DNA of 63,990 nt, filler included, from Octopus bimaculoides (Eukaryota): NCBI RefSeq assembly GCF_001194135.2. It is 5 parts of 5 records of this genome, joined end to end, with 100 filler letters (N's around TTAATTAATTAA, not from the genome) between each part and the next. Parts side by side here need not be neighbours in the genome. Positions count along the whole stretch, not along the records: positions 26,128 to 51,849 come from NC_069002.1; positions 51,950 to 60,165 come from NW_026317853.1; positions 60,266 to 62,742 come from NC_068988.1; 2 more parts are not named here. The stretch is one strand, 5' to 3'. Below the pieces are notes generated by a model. That model was not told the DNA's origin, did not search any database, and worked only from the letters and a program-made list of their open reading frames with translations. The position numbers were made by a program, and so were the translations under genes. This document shows, in pieces, positions 46,745 through 60,301 of the stretch. How positions within the stretch are numbered: position 1 is the first letter of the stretch; every line of letters begins with the position of its first letter.

Positions 46745-48134
46745 TACCTAGAAGTAGTTGATAGCTTTCCATTATCTAGATGACCAAGTCATCAGTGGAG
46801 GTGGATGCTCCAGAGCTCAGCTCCTGGAATAAGAATAGGCTGGGCAAAATTCAGAAAGTTTCTATTTTTGTTGACAACAAAGGGTCTCTCCCTCAGAGTG
46901 AAAGGCAGATTATATGATGCCTGTGTGTGAATAGCTATGCTATATGGCAGTGAAACATGGGCTGTGACTGCCAAGGACATGCGTAGGCTTGAAAGAAATG
47001 AATCTAGTGTGTTCCACTGGATGTGCAATGTTGGTGTGTGTAGACGACTGAGTGTTAGTGTCTTGAGAGAAAGAAATGGGCATAAGAGGCATCAGATGTG
47101 GTGTGTCTGCACTGGTATGGTCATGTGATGCATATGGATGAGGAGAGCTGCATAAAGAAGTGTCAATCTCTAACTGTGGAGGGAACCTGTGGAGGAAGTA
47201 GACCCTGGAAGACATGGGATGAGGTGGTGAAGTATGATCTTTGAATATGGGGTCTCATGGAGGTGATAACAAGTGACTGAGACCTTTGGTGATTTGCTGT
47301 GCTTGAGAAGACATGTCAAGTCAAGTAAAATTGTAGTTGTGGGCCGGCGTCAGTGACACATTACAGCTTCTGTGTAAAAGCACCCCGGTAAAAGTACCCC
47401 TGTGCTAGTGACAAGTAAAAGGCACTCACTACACTCTTGTAGTGATTGGTGTAAGGAAGGGCATTGAGCTGTAGAAACCAATCCAAATTTAGATTGGAAC
47501 CTGGTGCAGCTCTCTGGTTTACCAGTTCCAGTCAAGCCATCTAACCCATGCCAGCATGGAAAGCAGACGTTAAATAATGATGATGATGATGAAGGCGTGC
47601 ACACACACACACTTTCACACACACAGACACACACACACACACTTACACACACACACACACACGTGTGTGTGTGTCCATATATATGTCTACGTATGTGCAT
47701 GTGTATGAGTAATTAACTAAGCGCTGTAGGGTGGTAAAAATATAATTTATACCAAGAAATTAATCAACACAACAACAGCAGCAACAAACAACAAACAACA
47801 ACAACAACTGTATATTTACGAAGCAGTAAATCATAATAAGTTTGACGTACAACATAAATTTCTTGTTCAAGGTCATTATCAGAAAATAGAGAAAAATGGT
47901 TGCTATTGGGTTTCAAGACAAGATCTCAAATGGAGCTTTACCATTTTTCATGTGATGGCACCAACCACAAACGCTTCTGGAATTTTGCAGAATATTCTAT
48001 CCTTTGGGGATTTTTGTATTGCCATATCAAACCATTCCTCTGGTGTCTCCCCACCTTGTTAGATTAACAGGTGAGAAGATGGAATCGGAATATGAGTAAT
48101 ATAAGTATTGTGGAATGTGATGTATGTATACATA

Positions 48135-48165
<31 letters not shown>

Positions 48166-48220
48166 ATGTAACTTCCTTTTTGTATATGGGTATGTATGTA
48201 TGTATGATATATGTATGTGC

Positions 48221-48265
<45 letters not shown>

Positions 48266-50301
48266 CACTTATACACATATGTATATATGAAATATATGTA
48301 TGCATGAATTTGTGTAAAAGGATACTTGTGTATATGTATATGATATATACATATACATGTGTGTGTATGTATGCGTGTATGTGTGTGCATATGTGTGTGT
48401 GAGTGTGTGTGTGTGTGTATGTATGCACATATATATATAGAGAGAGAGAAAGAAAGAGATAGATTCATAGAAAGATATTTGTATGTGTGTGTGTGTGTGT
48501 GTATGTGTGTGTGTGTGTGTGTAATGTCTTTGAATATGTATTTATATCTATATGTCTGTATGTGTGCATCATACGAGAGGAGCGGGGTGTAAACTCGTAG
48601 GCCTAAAAAAGAAAAAAAACACAAAATAACCAAAAGTAAAAACAAAACAAAACAAAACAAAAACAAAAACACAGTAAGCAAAAAAAAACAAAAGTAAAAA
48701 CAAACAAAAACAAAAAAAAACAAAATGAATACAAACAAAAAGGCAAGAAGTGTAACCCAAAGAAGTAATTGAGTGTAAGAAGTACTTTTAACAGTCTCTC
48801 TGGGTCTCTTTCTATTGAAGTGGTGTTTAATTTACAGGTATTTCTCCATCGTAGATGACACAGTCAGCCAGTCAGTTAATAATAATAATAATAATAATAA
48901 TAGAATTAACTATAGTAAAGTAGTAAATATAGCAATATAGTACTACTTCGCTAAACACTATCCAGGGATTAACTCCTGTTGCTGAAAGTACATTAGTCAT
49001 TACTCACTCCTCGTTCTTTTATGTAAAAGGACTAAACATTACATACAACCAATCTTTCACTACCAATAAACTTCTGTTTCTTTCTTTTTTTTTTATTTTT
49101 TATTTGTTTTTGTTATTGTGTTTGATTTTGCTATTCTTTTTTTTTTTNNNNNNNNNNNNNNNNNNNNNNNNNNNNNNNNNNNNNNNNNNNNNNNNNNNNN
49201 NNNNNNNNNNNNNNNNNNNNNNNNNNNNNNNNNNNNNNNNNNNNNNNNNNNNNNNNNNNNNNNNNNNNNNNNNNNNNNNNNNNNNNNNNNNNNNNNNNNN
49301 NNNNNNNNNNNNNNNNNNNNNNNNNNNNNNNNNNNNNNNNNNNNNNNNNNNNNNNNNNNNNNNNNNNNNNNNNNNNNNNNNNNNNNNNNNNNNNNNNNNN
49401 NNNNNNNNNNNNNNNNNNNNNNNNNNNNNNNNNNNNNNNNNNNNNNNNNNNNNNNNNNNNNNNNNNNNNNNNNNNNNNNNNNNNNNNNNNNNNNNNNNNN
49501 NNNNNNNNNNNNNNNNNNNNNNNNNNNNNNNNNNNNNNNNNNNNNNNNNNNNNNNNNNNNNNNNNNNNNNNNNNNNNNNNNNNNNNNNNNNNNNNNNNNN
49601 NNNNNNNNNNNNNNNNNNNNNNNNNNNNNNNNNNNNNNNNNNNNNNNNNNNNNNNNNNNNNNNNNNNNNNNNNNNNNNNNNNNNNNNNNNNNNNNNNNNN
49701 NNNNNNNNNNNNNNNNNNNNNNNNNNNNNNNNNNNNNNNNNNNNNNNNNNNNNGGATCAACTGGAACCCTCGACCTCGTAAGCGACGGAGTGCCAACAAC
49801 AACGTTGTGTGTGCATGTGTATTTGTATACAATATACATATGTACATATATCAGTAAAATAACAAAATAGGAGGAATCCCTCCATACCCTGGCATAAAGC
49901 TGTCCCCCCCACTTCCTTCAGGTTTAAATAGACCTGGAAACTGCATTACGATCCAATAGTGCAGGTGGCATGAAAAAAGCACCGACTCCACACTGTAAAG
50001 TGATTAACATTAGGAAGGGCATCCAACAGTAAAAACATGCCAAAACAGACAAGTGGAGTATGAAGCAGTCCTTGGACACATCAGATCCTGTCAAACTGTA
50101 TAGCCCCAGCTTGGAAAATAGACATTACATGGTAATAATGATGATGATGGTGATACTGATGACAATGGCTTCTAGCAATATGGAAAAGAAAGTTTCAGGT
50201 TCAAAGGCCCATCATCAGGAGTGTATGCTGTAGAGTAAAACTGGGTTCATGAGGCATCAGATATAGTGTGCAAAAGAGGAAACTGTGCTGGTATGGTCAT
50301 G

Positions 50302-50515
50302 TACTCTTTTACTCTTTTACTTGTTTCAGTCATTTGACTGCGGCCATGCTGGAGCACCGCCTTTAGTCGAGCAAATCGACCCCAGGACTTATTTTTTGGA
50401 AGTCTAGTACTTATTCTATCGGTCTCTTTTTGCCGAACTGCTAAGTTACGGGGACATAAACACACCACCATCGGTTGTCAAGCGATGTTGGTGGGACAAA
50501 CACAGACACACAAAC

Positions 50516-50551
<36 letters not shown>

Positions 50552-50722
50552 TTATATACGACGGGCTTCTTTCAGTTTCCGTCTACCAAATCCAATCACA
50601 AGACTTTGGTCGGCCCAAGGCTATAGTTGAAGACACTTGCCCAAGGTGCCATGCAGTGAGACTGAACCCGGGACCATGTGGTTCGTAAGCAAGTTACTTA
50701 CCACACAGCCACTCCTACGCCT
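50302..50722 (-). mobile_element. SINE family C, full length
   Basis: Reverse complement of the consensus. Confidence 0.92.
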
Positions 50723-50727
50723 ACAAC

Positions 50728-50761
<34 letters not shown>

Positions 50762-50762
<1 letters not shown>

Positions 50763-50946
50763 TGGATCATTACAGTTTGATTCAAATTCATTGGTATGCC
50801 GAGATTCAAGCATGATGCTAATCTTCAGCCATTTTGAATTTTGAATTTTGAATTTGAATTTGATTCAAATTCAAATTGGCTGAAGAGTAACATTACGCTT
50901 GAATCTCAGAGTACCAAAGAATTTGAATCAAACTGTTTTGATCCAT
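50762..50946. repeat. 185-bp imperfect fold-back (MITE-like) with central (TTTGAA)n
   Basis: About 80-bp arms ATGGATCA..CAGTTTGATTCAAATTC..GAGATTCAAGC..TCTTCAGCCA and their reverse complement. Confidence 0.85.
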
Positions 50947-52328
50947 ACATGTAACTCCCAATAAATGTGTTGAGTTTGTCGACTCACTCATATATGTGTG
51001 TGTGTGCGTGTGATGTCATAAGAATTTTATAATCTTTAGAGAGAAAATGATATACACACATACTCACACATACAGATATATGTATATTGACCACGCTTAA
51101 TGTTGCCAACTGAGTAGAATTCACTTTACTAAGGAGGTGTAATAAGACCAAAACATATCTATTGCTTTTACTAGTTGAATTTCAAAATCAGACCCACCTT
51201 CACGTCCATATGGCTGTTTCTATATTTTCCAAAACTGCAGTCAACTGATTTTATTGGAGTTACCTCCCTTGCTTCTTTTTTTTCATCTTACAGCATTAAA
51301 TATCTCAGGAGGGAATTTTTGTCTTCTAATAGTGCAAGGATAAGCAATATAACGATTTTTTTCCAGCTCCCTATATTACAGACATAAGATCCCTGTTATG
51401 TTAATATTTAATATGTAGGAATGCTCCGTGAGAATATTTTTTTCCCTCAGCCATATTGTGGAAGACTGTTAGTTCACATGTCATCTACATGACACTTCTC
51501 TTACTCCTACTCAGTTGCACTTCTGCCTTTCTCTACCCTGCTACTTCCACCTGGGGCTGCAGTGGAAGTAACAATAACATAGGGTGGGGGTGGTGATGTG
51601 GGGTGGTGTGTTGTGAGTGGGTGGGTGAGTAGGTGGGTGGGTGGCTGGCTGGCTGTGATGAATCAAGGTCAAACTATAACACACAAGAACAGCTGAGTAG
51701 GCTTGTACACATACACACATACACACACACACGCACACACACGCACACACATACGCATGCACGCACACACACACACACACACACACACTTATGTATATAC
51801 ATACATGTGTGTGTGTGAATACAGACATATATATATATATATATATATANNNNNNNNNNNNNNNNNNNNNNNNNNNNNNNNNNNNNNNNNNNNTTAATTA
51901 ATTAANNNNNNNNNNNNNNNNNNNNNNNNNNNNNNNNNNNNNNNNNNNNAGTGAAGAGAGTTTATGGTGGAAAATAATAGCGATGTCAAAACAGAGAGAG
52001 AGAAAAAAAAGAGAAAAGAGAAGAGATAGGATATTAAAAAAATGCCATAACAAACGAAATTGAAAGCAAAGATTTGGAGGTTGAAGTAAAACGGAAGAAG
52101 ATTACAGAAAATGTGTGTGTGCGTGTGTGTGTGCGTGTGTGTGCGTATGCGTATATTTGTGTGTGTGTGTGTGTGTGTGCGCGCGCGCTCGCACGTTTGC
52201 GTGTGTGTGTGGATGCAAGCATTGTGTAATGCTAAATATCTCGAAGTCCAGCAATCCATGCTTGACCGTGTCAAAGACAAGATGGTGCCAACGGATAATT
52301 ACACGCACACACACACACTCTCTCCCCC

Positions 52329-52376
<48 letters not shown>

Positions 52377-52628
52377 AACACGCACACACACACACAATTT
52401 TATATACATATATACATATATATTTGCACACATATGAATATACACTCATTAGTCAAGGCGCGTATGCACGTATGATTACACATACAAGCTTACGCTTAAA
52501 CATAGATATGAAATTTCTCTGCCAATCTTATCTTTGCACTGAAACATACTAAGAGAAGCGAAAAATAAAAGATATATAATATACATACAACTGGCTTATG
52601 TACAAATATATATATACATAAGTATGTG

Positions 52629-52669
<41 letters not shown>

Positions 52670-52856
52670 GTATGTGTATATATATTAGTGTATTATACCG
52701 TGCAGTGCTGTAGTATATTTTTAGTTATTAATTTATTAACTTTTAGGCGTGAAAATGTTTATCTTACGACAGAAATAATTAAAATCTAACCAAACACAAA
52801 TGCGATCTACTGAGGAGTCCACATAGCCACACCTGCGCTTAAAATTTGATAGGGGC

Positions 52857-52928
52857 TGTTGTGACAAGGATTCGATCCTGGGTTACCCCAGCCACGATGT
52901 AGGACCCTACCCACTGAACGATCACAGC
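52857..52928 (-). pseudogene. tRNA-His(GTG) pseudogene or tRNA-His-derived SINE head
   Basis: 72 nt GCTGTGATCGTTCAGTGGGTAGGGTCCTACATCGTGGCTGGGGTAACCCAGGATCGAATCCTTGTCACAACA, colinear with metazoan tRNA-His. GTG anticodon kept; T-loop GTTC changed to GATC; stem mismatches. Confidence 0.72.
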
Positions 52929-54092
52929 ACTATATATATATATATATATATATATATNNNNNNNNNNNNNNNNNNNNNNNNNNNNNNNNNNNNNNNNNNN
53001 NNNNNNNNNNNNNNNNNNNNNNNNNNNNNNNNNNNNNNNNNNNNNNNNNNNNNNNNNNNNNNNNNNNNNNNNNNNNNNNNNNNNNNNNNNNNNNNNNNNN
53101 NNNNNNNNNNNNNNNNNNNNNNNNNNNNNNNNNNNNNNNNNNNNNNNNNNNNNNNNNNNNNNNNNNNNNNNNNNNNNNNNNNNNNNNNNNNNNNNNNNNN
53201 NNNNNNNNNNNNNNNNNNNNNNNNNNNNNNNNNNNNNNNNNNNNNNNNNNNNNNNNNNNNNNNNNNNNNNNNNNNNNNNNNNNNNNNNNNNNNNNNNNNN
53301 NNNNNNNNTAGATAGAGAGGATAAATATGACTAGTTTACGTCAGGATGAGACAAACTAATTCGTATGGGTTCTGAGAGATGAAATAGGTGTGCCACCAAA
53401 AATTGCGGTTGTGAGATTTTCCCGTTCAAACAACGGCTAATGGTGGCTTCCCTTTGAGTCAAGGTTAAAGTTTAACCTATACATACACGCATACATAAAT
53501 GTATACATATGTATGTATACATATACATATATATATATATAAACACATACACACACACGCTTATACGTCCGGCTTACGCACAGTTTCTGTCAACTAAATT
53601 TCAGATGCAGACGATTGATCGGAGCACAGTTACGTTCATATATATTAAATATAAAAGAATACAGGGAAATATATCAGTAGTAAAGCGTCAAAATGCGATA
53701 CAAACATTTGCCCTGTGAATTATATATGTCTGCGCGTCTATGTTCTAGTATGTATGTATATACTTATATAATTATATATGTATGCAGATGCACATACACA
53801 CACGCAAGAACGCACAAAGATGCGAGAACTGGGTATCATAATCATTGGCGCTTATTCCTTATCGTCGCCGCCATCTTCTAGACGTCTATCACTTACCGTT
53901 CTCTAGATTAGAAACATGTGTTCCCAAGAGGCAGTCATATTGATTACCAAAGAGTCATCTATAACGCGGCACCCATATCATTTACTCGAATGATATATTG
54001 TTTTGAATACATCTGTAGAAGTATACAGGCATAAAACTCAAAGGACACAAACGTACATACGCAATCGGACAAGTATAAAACATTTGAGAATC

Positions 54093-54123
<31 letters not shown>

Positions 54124-54124
54124 C

Positions 54125-54155
<31 letters not shown>

Positions 54156-57100
54156 NNNNNNNNNNNNNNNNNNNNNNNNNNNNNNNNNNNNNNNNNNNNN
54201 NNNNNNNNNNNNNNNNNNNNNNNNNNNNNNNNNNNNNNNNNNNNNNNNNNNNNNNNNNNNNNNNNNNNNNNNNNNNNNNNNNNNNNNNNNNNNNNNNNNN
54301 NNNNNNNNNNNNNNNNNNNNNNNNNNNNNNNNNNNNNNNNNNNNNNNNNNNNNNNNNNNNNNNNNNNNNNNNNNNNNNNNNNNNNNNNNNNNNNNNNNNN
54401 NNNNNNNNNNNNNNNNNNNNNNNNNNNNNNNNNNNNNNNNNNNNNNNNNNNNNNNNNNNNNNNNNNNNNNNNNNNNNNNNNNNNNNNNNNNNNNNNNNNN
54501 NNNNNNNNNNNNNNNNNNNNNNNNNNNNNNNNNNNNNNNNNNNNNNNNNNNNNNNNNNNNNNNNNNNNNNNNNNNNNNNNNNNNNNNNNNNNNNNNNNNN
54601 NNNNNNNNNNNNNNNNNNNNNNNNNNNNNNNNNNNNNNNNNNNNNNNNNNNNNNNNNNNNNNNNNNNNNNNNNNNNNNTTGTTTCCGTCATTGGACTGCG
54701 GCCATGCTGGGCCCACACCGTCAAGGGGTTAGTCGACTCCAGTACTCGTTATTTTCAAAGCCTGTCACTTATTTCATGGGCTCCTTCTGCTGAACGGCTA
54801 AGTTACGTGGACGTAAGCACACCAACACCGGTTGTGTTGCAGTGGTGGCCATGCAGTGGTGGCCACGCAGTGATGGCCATGCAGAGGGATTGATCCCTGA
54901 ACCATTTGGTTGGAAATCAGACCTTCTTACCACAAAACCACGCCTGCACGTATGTGTGTGTATGTGTGCGAGCGAGGTTGTATATAGGTGTTTGTGTATA
55001 CGTCTGTCTCTCTTTCTCTCTCTCTCTTTCGATATATATGTATATATATGAGTGTGTGTGCGCGTGTACGTATGTATGAATGTATGTATGTATGTATGTT
55101 TGTATGTATGTACTCACGTATGCAAGTAAGTGTGATCGTAATGTATATATTTATGTGTTTGTGCGAGATAAATTATCTTTAAACAGACACATAAATACTT
55201 CGTTTCCAACCACTGATGTACACAGACGTCTACACTTCTATTTCATAAATTATGCACACATGCGCGCACACACACACACACCTACATGCATGCACACACA
55301 CACACGCACACACGTGCGCACAGTCAGTGCATTTGTGAATTGTGTCTATACTGTGTCATCCATCTTATCAAATAGTTGGCTTATGCATTTGGTGAAAATT
55401 TTATCTATATTCTCTTTTGTCGTATTTATAACGCCTTCTTCTTTACAATTCTCTTATTACCTCATACCTAAGCTATACGTGTCGACCTCAGAAACAAACC
55501 GACAGCAGTTGTCAAGTGCTTTTAGGAGACACACAAACGCAAGCATAACAGGCAGATACACACATACCATCACCACCACCACACAGAGACACACACCTCG
55601 TGCTTCGAGCCAAGCTGGTTGAAACACCCTGAACGAAGCTGCACAGAAAACTATGTTCGGTTGCATACGAAACTGCTCATACTCTGCATAGTGGAAACAC
55701 GTGTAGGGCGTCGTGACCATAGAAAATATGCTGTATGACATTGTTAAATAAAAGGAACAGCGTCTGTGTGTCTTTGTGTCAGTGTTCGACCCCACCTGAC
55801 AACAGGTGTTGGTGTGTTTATGTCCCCTCAACTTAGCGGTTCGGCAAAAGCGATCGATAAATTATGTGCCAAGTTTTAAGTGAATTTCCTGGGTTTGGTT
55901 CATTCGACTAAAAATTGTTTAAGGTATTGCTCCAGCATAGACGCAGTCTAATGAATGATAAAAGCAAATAATAACGACGAGCTTTTCTTCAGTTTCTCTG
56001 TTGATCAAATACACTCACAAGCTTTTGATCGACCCAGAGCTATAACAAGTAGACACTTTCCCAAGTTGGTACGCAGTAGAGTTGAACCCAGCACCATGTG
56101 GTTGGCAAACACACTTCGAACCGCACGGCCACAACTGTACACATTAAGCGATAAGAAAACATATCTGTTGTAATATGTCTGCTGGTTCGGGTGTAGAGGT
56201 TTAGATTCAACTGTGTTTAACCAAGAAGGATACGAGTTAAACAAACAGGTCTTACACGAGTACACAAGATATAATTGCATACAAAGCATAAAAAGGAATA
56301 TATATATAAACGATTTAGTAAATGAATAAATAAGTAAATGAAGGAATAAAATTAGAACGAAGAAGACCTGAGCAAGAACGAAAAACGTCAATTGCACACG
56401 TTTCTCTAATGTAGTGTCAGCCATTGTTTTAGACTCATTTAACTTACTAACAAAACAAATGAAGCTGATACAGACCTCATTGTATGTGTGAATGTGTTTG
56501 TGTACATGTGTGTGTACGTGTGTGTGTCTGTGTGTGTGTGTGTGTGTGTGCGCGTTCAGTTATTTAAAAGTGACTGCTAATGAAATTATGCGTGTGGTGT
56601 ATAAACGTATCCGAGTTGTTTTTCTATGTGTTTGTGGATAAATATGCATGTGCTTGAGTGTACATATGCGAACATATCTACATGTGTGTATACACAGATA
56701 AACCAATATGTCTCTCTATCTGTCCCTCTATCTCACTCTCTTTCTCTCTCTCAAACACACTCTCTCTATAAATATATATTTTATATATATGTGCCTGTAT
56801 ATGTACATATCTATATATAAACATACAGTATACACAAACACATGCATATACACACATACATACATTCATACATACATGCATATATACACACACACATATA
56901 TCTATACATGAATAAATATATCAGTCTGTATATGTGCGTGTGTGTATACGTTTATATATATCAGAATGTGTACATATATGTATGAATATAAATGTATAAT
57001 ATAAATATATATGTGTGTGTGTATGTGTGTGTTCATATATATGTAATATATATATGTGGGTGTATGTATATATATTTGTGCGAATATGTTTCTGTCCATG

Positions 57101-58130
57101 TGTTCATAAGAATACACACAGACACGCACACACAAACATGCACAAACGCACACACGCACGTACACACGCACAGACGCACACATACATATTATCTGTCCAT
57201 CACATGCTAAGTATGTTGTTTCCTTCTCATTATTTATATTTTTATCTAATGTCCATCTTTTTTCTTTATTCTCTTCTGTTTTTCCGGTGTAAGAGCCATG
57301 TTTATAGATAATAGCATATTACATAATGCAATATACGTAAGACACTGGAATATAATAATTGGAACATGGTCAAACACAAAGAGAAGTACATATGCACCCG
57401 GGCGCACACAAAGACACACAGTCATAGATATTAAGCTACTGTGTGTGTATGTGTGTGTATATATATATATATATNNNNNNNNNNNNNNNNNNNNNNNNNN
57501 NNNNNNNNNNNNNNNNNNNNNNNNNNNNNNNNNNNNNNNNNNNNNNNNNNNNNNNNNNNNNNNNNNNNNNNNNNNNNNNNNNNNNNNNNNNNNNNNNNNN
57601 NNNNNNNNNNNNNNNNNNNNNNNNNNNNNNNNNNNNNNNNNNNNNNNNNNNNNNNNNNNNNNNNNNNNNNNNNNNNNNNNNNNNNNNNNNNNNNNNNNNN
57701 NNNNNNNNNNNNNNNNNNNNNNNNNNNNNNNNNNNNNNNNNNNNNNNNNNNNNNNNNNNNNNNNNNNNNNNNNNNNNNNNNNNNNNNNNNNNNNNNNNNN
57801 NNNNNNNNNNNNNNNNNNNNNNNNNNNNNNNNNNNNNNNNNNNNNNNNNNNNNNNNNNNNNNNNNNNNNNNNNNNNNNNNNNNNNNNNNNNNNNNNNNNN
57901 NNNNNNNNNNNNNNNNNNNNNNNNNNNNNNNNNNNNNNNNNNNNNNNNNNNNNNNNNNNNNNNNNNNNNNNNNNNNNNNNNNNNNNNNNNNNNNNNNNNN
58001 NNNNNNNNNNNNNNNNNNNNNNNNNNNNNNNNNNNNNNNNNNNNNNNNNNNNNNNNNNNNNNNNNNNNNNNNNNNNNNNNNNNNNNNNNNNNNNNNNNNN
58101 NNNNNNNNNNNNNNNNNNNNNNNNNNNNNN

Positions 58131-58545
58131 CTCTTTAGAAAAAATATTAAAAAGCTGTGGGCCCCTGAAACCTACGCTGTTGCACTAGCTGGTCCTGAAG
58201 AGCGATGACACTGCTGAAATCTTTGGCACTGTGCAGTATCGACCCGTTCTGGCATTGGTGTAACTTTCAATGCCAAAATTTGGCACAATTCCTTCCAGGA
58301 TCTTCCAAATGTATATAACTACATACCTCTCCCGCCTTCGCTACAGGGAGCAGAGTCTTAGCTGTTTCAGCCATTCTCATTAGCCGAGCTGTTGCTAAGA
58401 GACGATCTTCTTTGTGAAGCTTCGCTGGATTGCTTCACGTTCCGCTGTTAATATTACACTGTTGGGTGACCATAGCTGGAACAGCAATCCAAGTGGCTGA
58501 GGACGATGTAAGTTTGTAGAATCTGTGAAAACACCAAAGCAAAAT
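58131..58545 (-). mobile_element. CR1-like LINE RT C-terminal fragment
   Basis: Minus strand SL*RRRERYVVIYIWKILEGIVPNFGIESYTNARTGRYC..GFRGPQLFNIF, with a VLSHLDCCS motif upstream. Confidence 0.8.
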
Positions 58546-58782
58546 TCTTTTACTCTTTTACTCTTTTACTTGTTTCAGTCATTTGACTGTGGCCATGCTG
58601 GAGCACCGCTTTTAGTCGAGTAAATCGACCCCAGGACTTATTCTTTGGATGCCTAGNNNNNNNNNNCTTTGGTCGGCCCGAGGCTATAGTAGAAGACACT
58701 TGCCCAAGGTGCCACGCAGTGGGAATGAACCCGGAAACATGTGGTTGGTAAGCAAGCTACTTTCCACACAGCCACTCCTGCA
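58546..58782 (-). mobile_element. SINE family C copy (collapsed at N gap)
   Basis: Both ends recognisable. Confidence 0.85.
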
Positions 58783-59102
58783 GGTATTTTCTTCATAAAG
58801 TGTGAATCTCTCTCAGACTGTGGACTTCACACTTATCAAATTATTCAGGAATCTTTGCTTCAGTTACAGCTAGTTTGCATATAAGGAAAATAGGAAATCC
58901 TATAACAGATTTCATACGCCAGAAACGAACTGGAAGATTGTGCTTACGAAGTGAACCTCTTACTCACATAACCGAAAATATATTGCGTCCATCTTTATTT
59001 ATTTCGATGACTCATCTATCTATCTATCTAGCTATCTATCTGTCTGTCTGTCTGTCGGTCTATTTGTCTGTTTGTCTATCTATCTATCAATCTCTCTCTC
59101 TA

Positions 59103-59138
<36 letters not shown>

Positions 59139-59524
59139 CCTCTTTCTCTCTCTCTCCATATTCTTGCTTCTCACCCTTTTATCCCATCTTACGCAATCTC
59201 TCTTTTCACCTTTCACACACTCCGCACGTCTTACACAACTACTTCTCTTCCCCCTCTCCTTCTGTCTCTCTCTCTCTCTCTCTCCCTTCCTCTTCCTCTA
59301 CCCTTTCCTCTTCATCTTTTTTCTTCTCTCGGCATCTATAACGCCATTTCTACGTTTAAACAATCCCAGAACTGACCGATCTCTTACCCAAGGACCAAAG
59401 CCTACGTAGATGGCGTAAGAGTCGCCGGCCTTAAAAGCCATGTATATATAAAAACAGTTCCTTTTAATATGTCAAAATATTTTTGTGCAGTGACCATTTG
59501 ACGCTCAGCTTATGGAGTGCTTCG

Positions 59525-60165
59525 CTGCAATTATTGTTACACGAGTAGCAGTAGTAGTAGTAGTAGTAGTAGTAGGATATGTCGTTGGTGGTGTTGGTTG
59601 TGATGATGGTGGTGGTGTTAGTGTTGGTGTTGTTGGTGGCGATGGAGGTGGCGGTGGTTGCGGTTATGGTAGAGGACTTAGTGGTGGTGTGGTAGTGACG
59701 GTGTTGCTGGTGTTGGTGGTAGTAGAGTTGTTGGTGTTGCTGTCGTTGTTGTTGTTGTCGGTGTTGTTGGTGGTGGAGGTCATGGCGACGAACGGATTGC
59801 ACCTTTGTTGATAATAATTGTATTTGTCTTCTTCTTCTTCATCTTTTTTCTTCTTCTTCTTCTTCTCCTTTTCCTTCTTCTTTTCTTCTTCTTCTTTTTT
59901 TTCATCTTCTTCTTCTTTTCATTCTTCTGTTCTTCTTCTTTTCCTCCTCCTCCTCCTTCTTCTTTCCTTCTTCTTTCCTTCTTCTTTCCTTCTTCTTCTT
60001 TCCTTCTTCTTCTTCTTCTTCTTCTTCTTCTTCTTCTTCTCCTCCTTCCTCTTCTTCTTCTTCTTCTTCTTCTTCTTCTCTTCTTCTCCTCCTCCTTTTC
60101 CTTCTTATTTTCTTCTTCTTTTCCTCCTCCTCCTCCTCCTCCTCCTCCTCCTCCCCAACCTCCTC
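59525..60165. repeat. Compound trinucleotide low-complexity tract (GTA/GGT/GTT, then TTC/CCT)
   Basis: Directly visible. Confidence 0.95.
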
Positions 60166-60301
60166 NNNNNNNNNNNNNNNNNNNNNNNNNNNNNNNNNNN
60201 NNNNNNNNNTTAATTAATTAANNNNNNNNNNNNNNNNNNNNNNNNNNNNNNNNNNNNNNNNNNNNTATATACATAGATATGTATATGTGAGTATGTATAT
60301 A

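Larger units (their letters stand above)
46085..47592 (+). mobile_element. RTE-clade LINE 3' portion, interrupted by the hammerhead element
   Basis: PCSICRKG..SIRCTWCKLWAHKRCSNIKGRL, LEVVDSF.YL, LSLRVKGRLYDACV..MLYGSETW, HWYGHV, KTWDEVV; 3' UTR ends in (GAT)n. Confidence 0.9.

Noticed and set aside
50185-50225. Minus-strand CTGATGA...GAAAC as another hammerhead
   Set aside because: No credible helix II, no C-G pair or NUH triplet after GAAAC, and no helix I.
51619-51641. Canonical G-quadruplex pattern
   Set aside because: Part of a (GGGT)n simple repeat with no functional context.
59464-60221. Poly-V, poly-Q and poly-L/F ORFs
   Set aside because: Trinucleotide low-complexity tract open in several frames on both strands.
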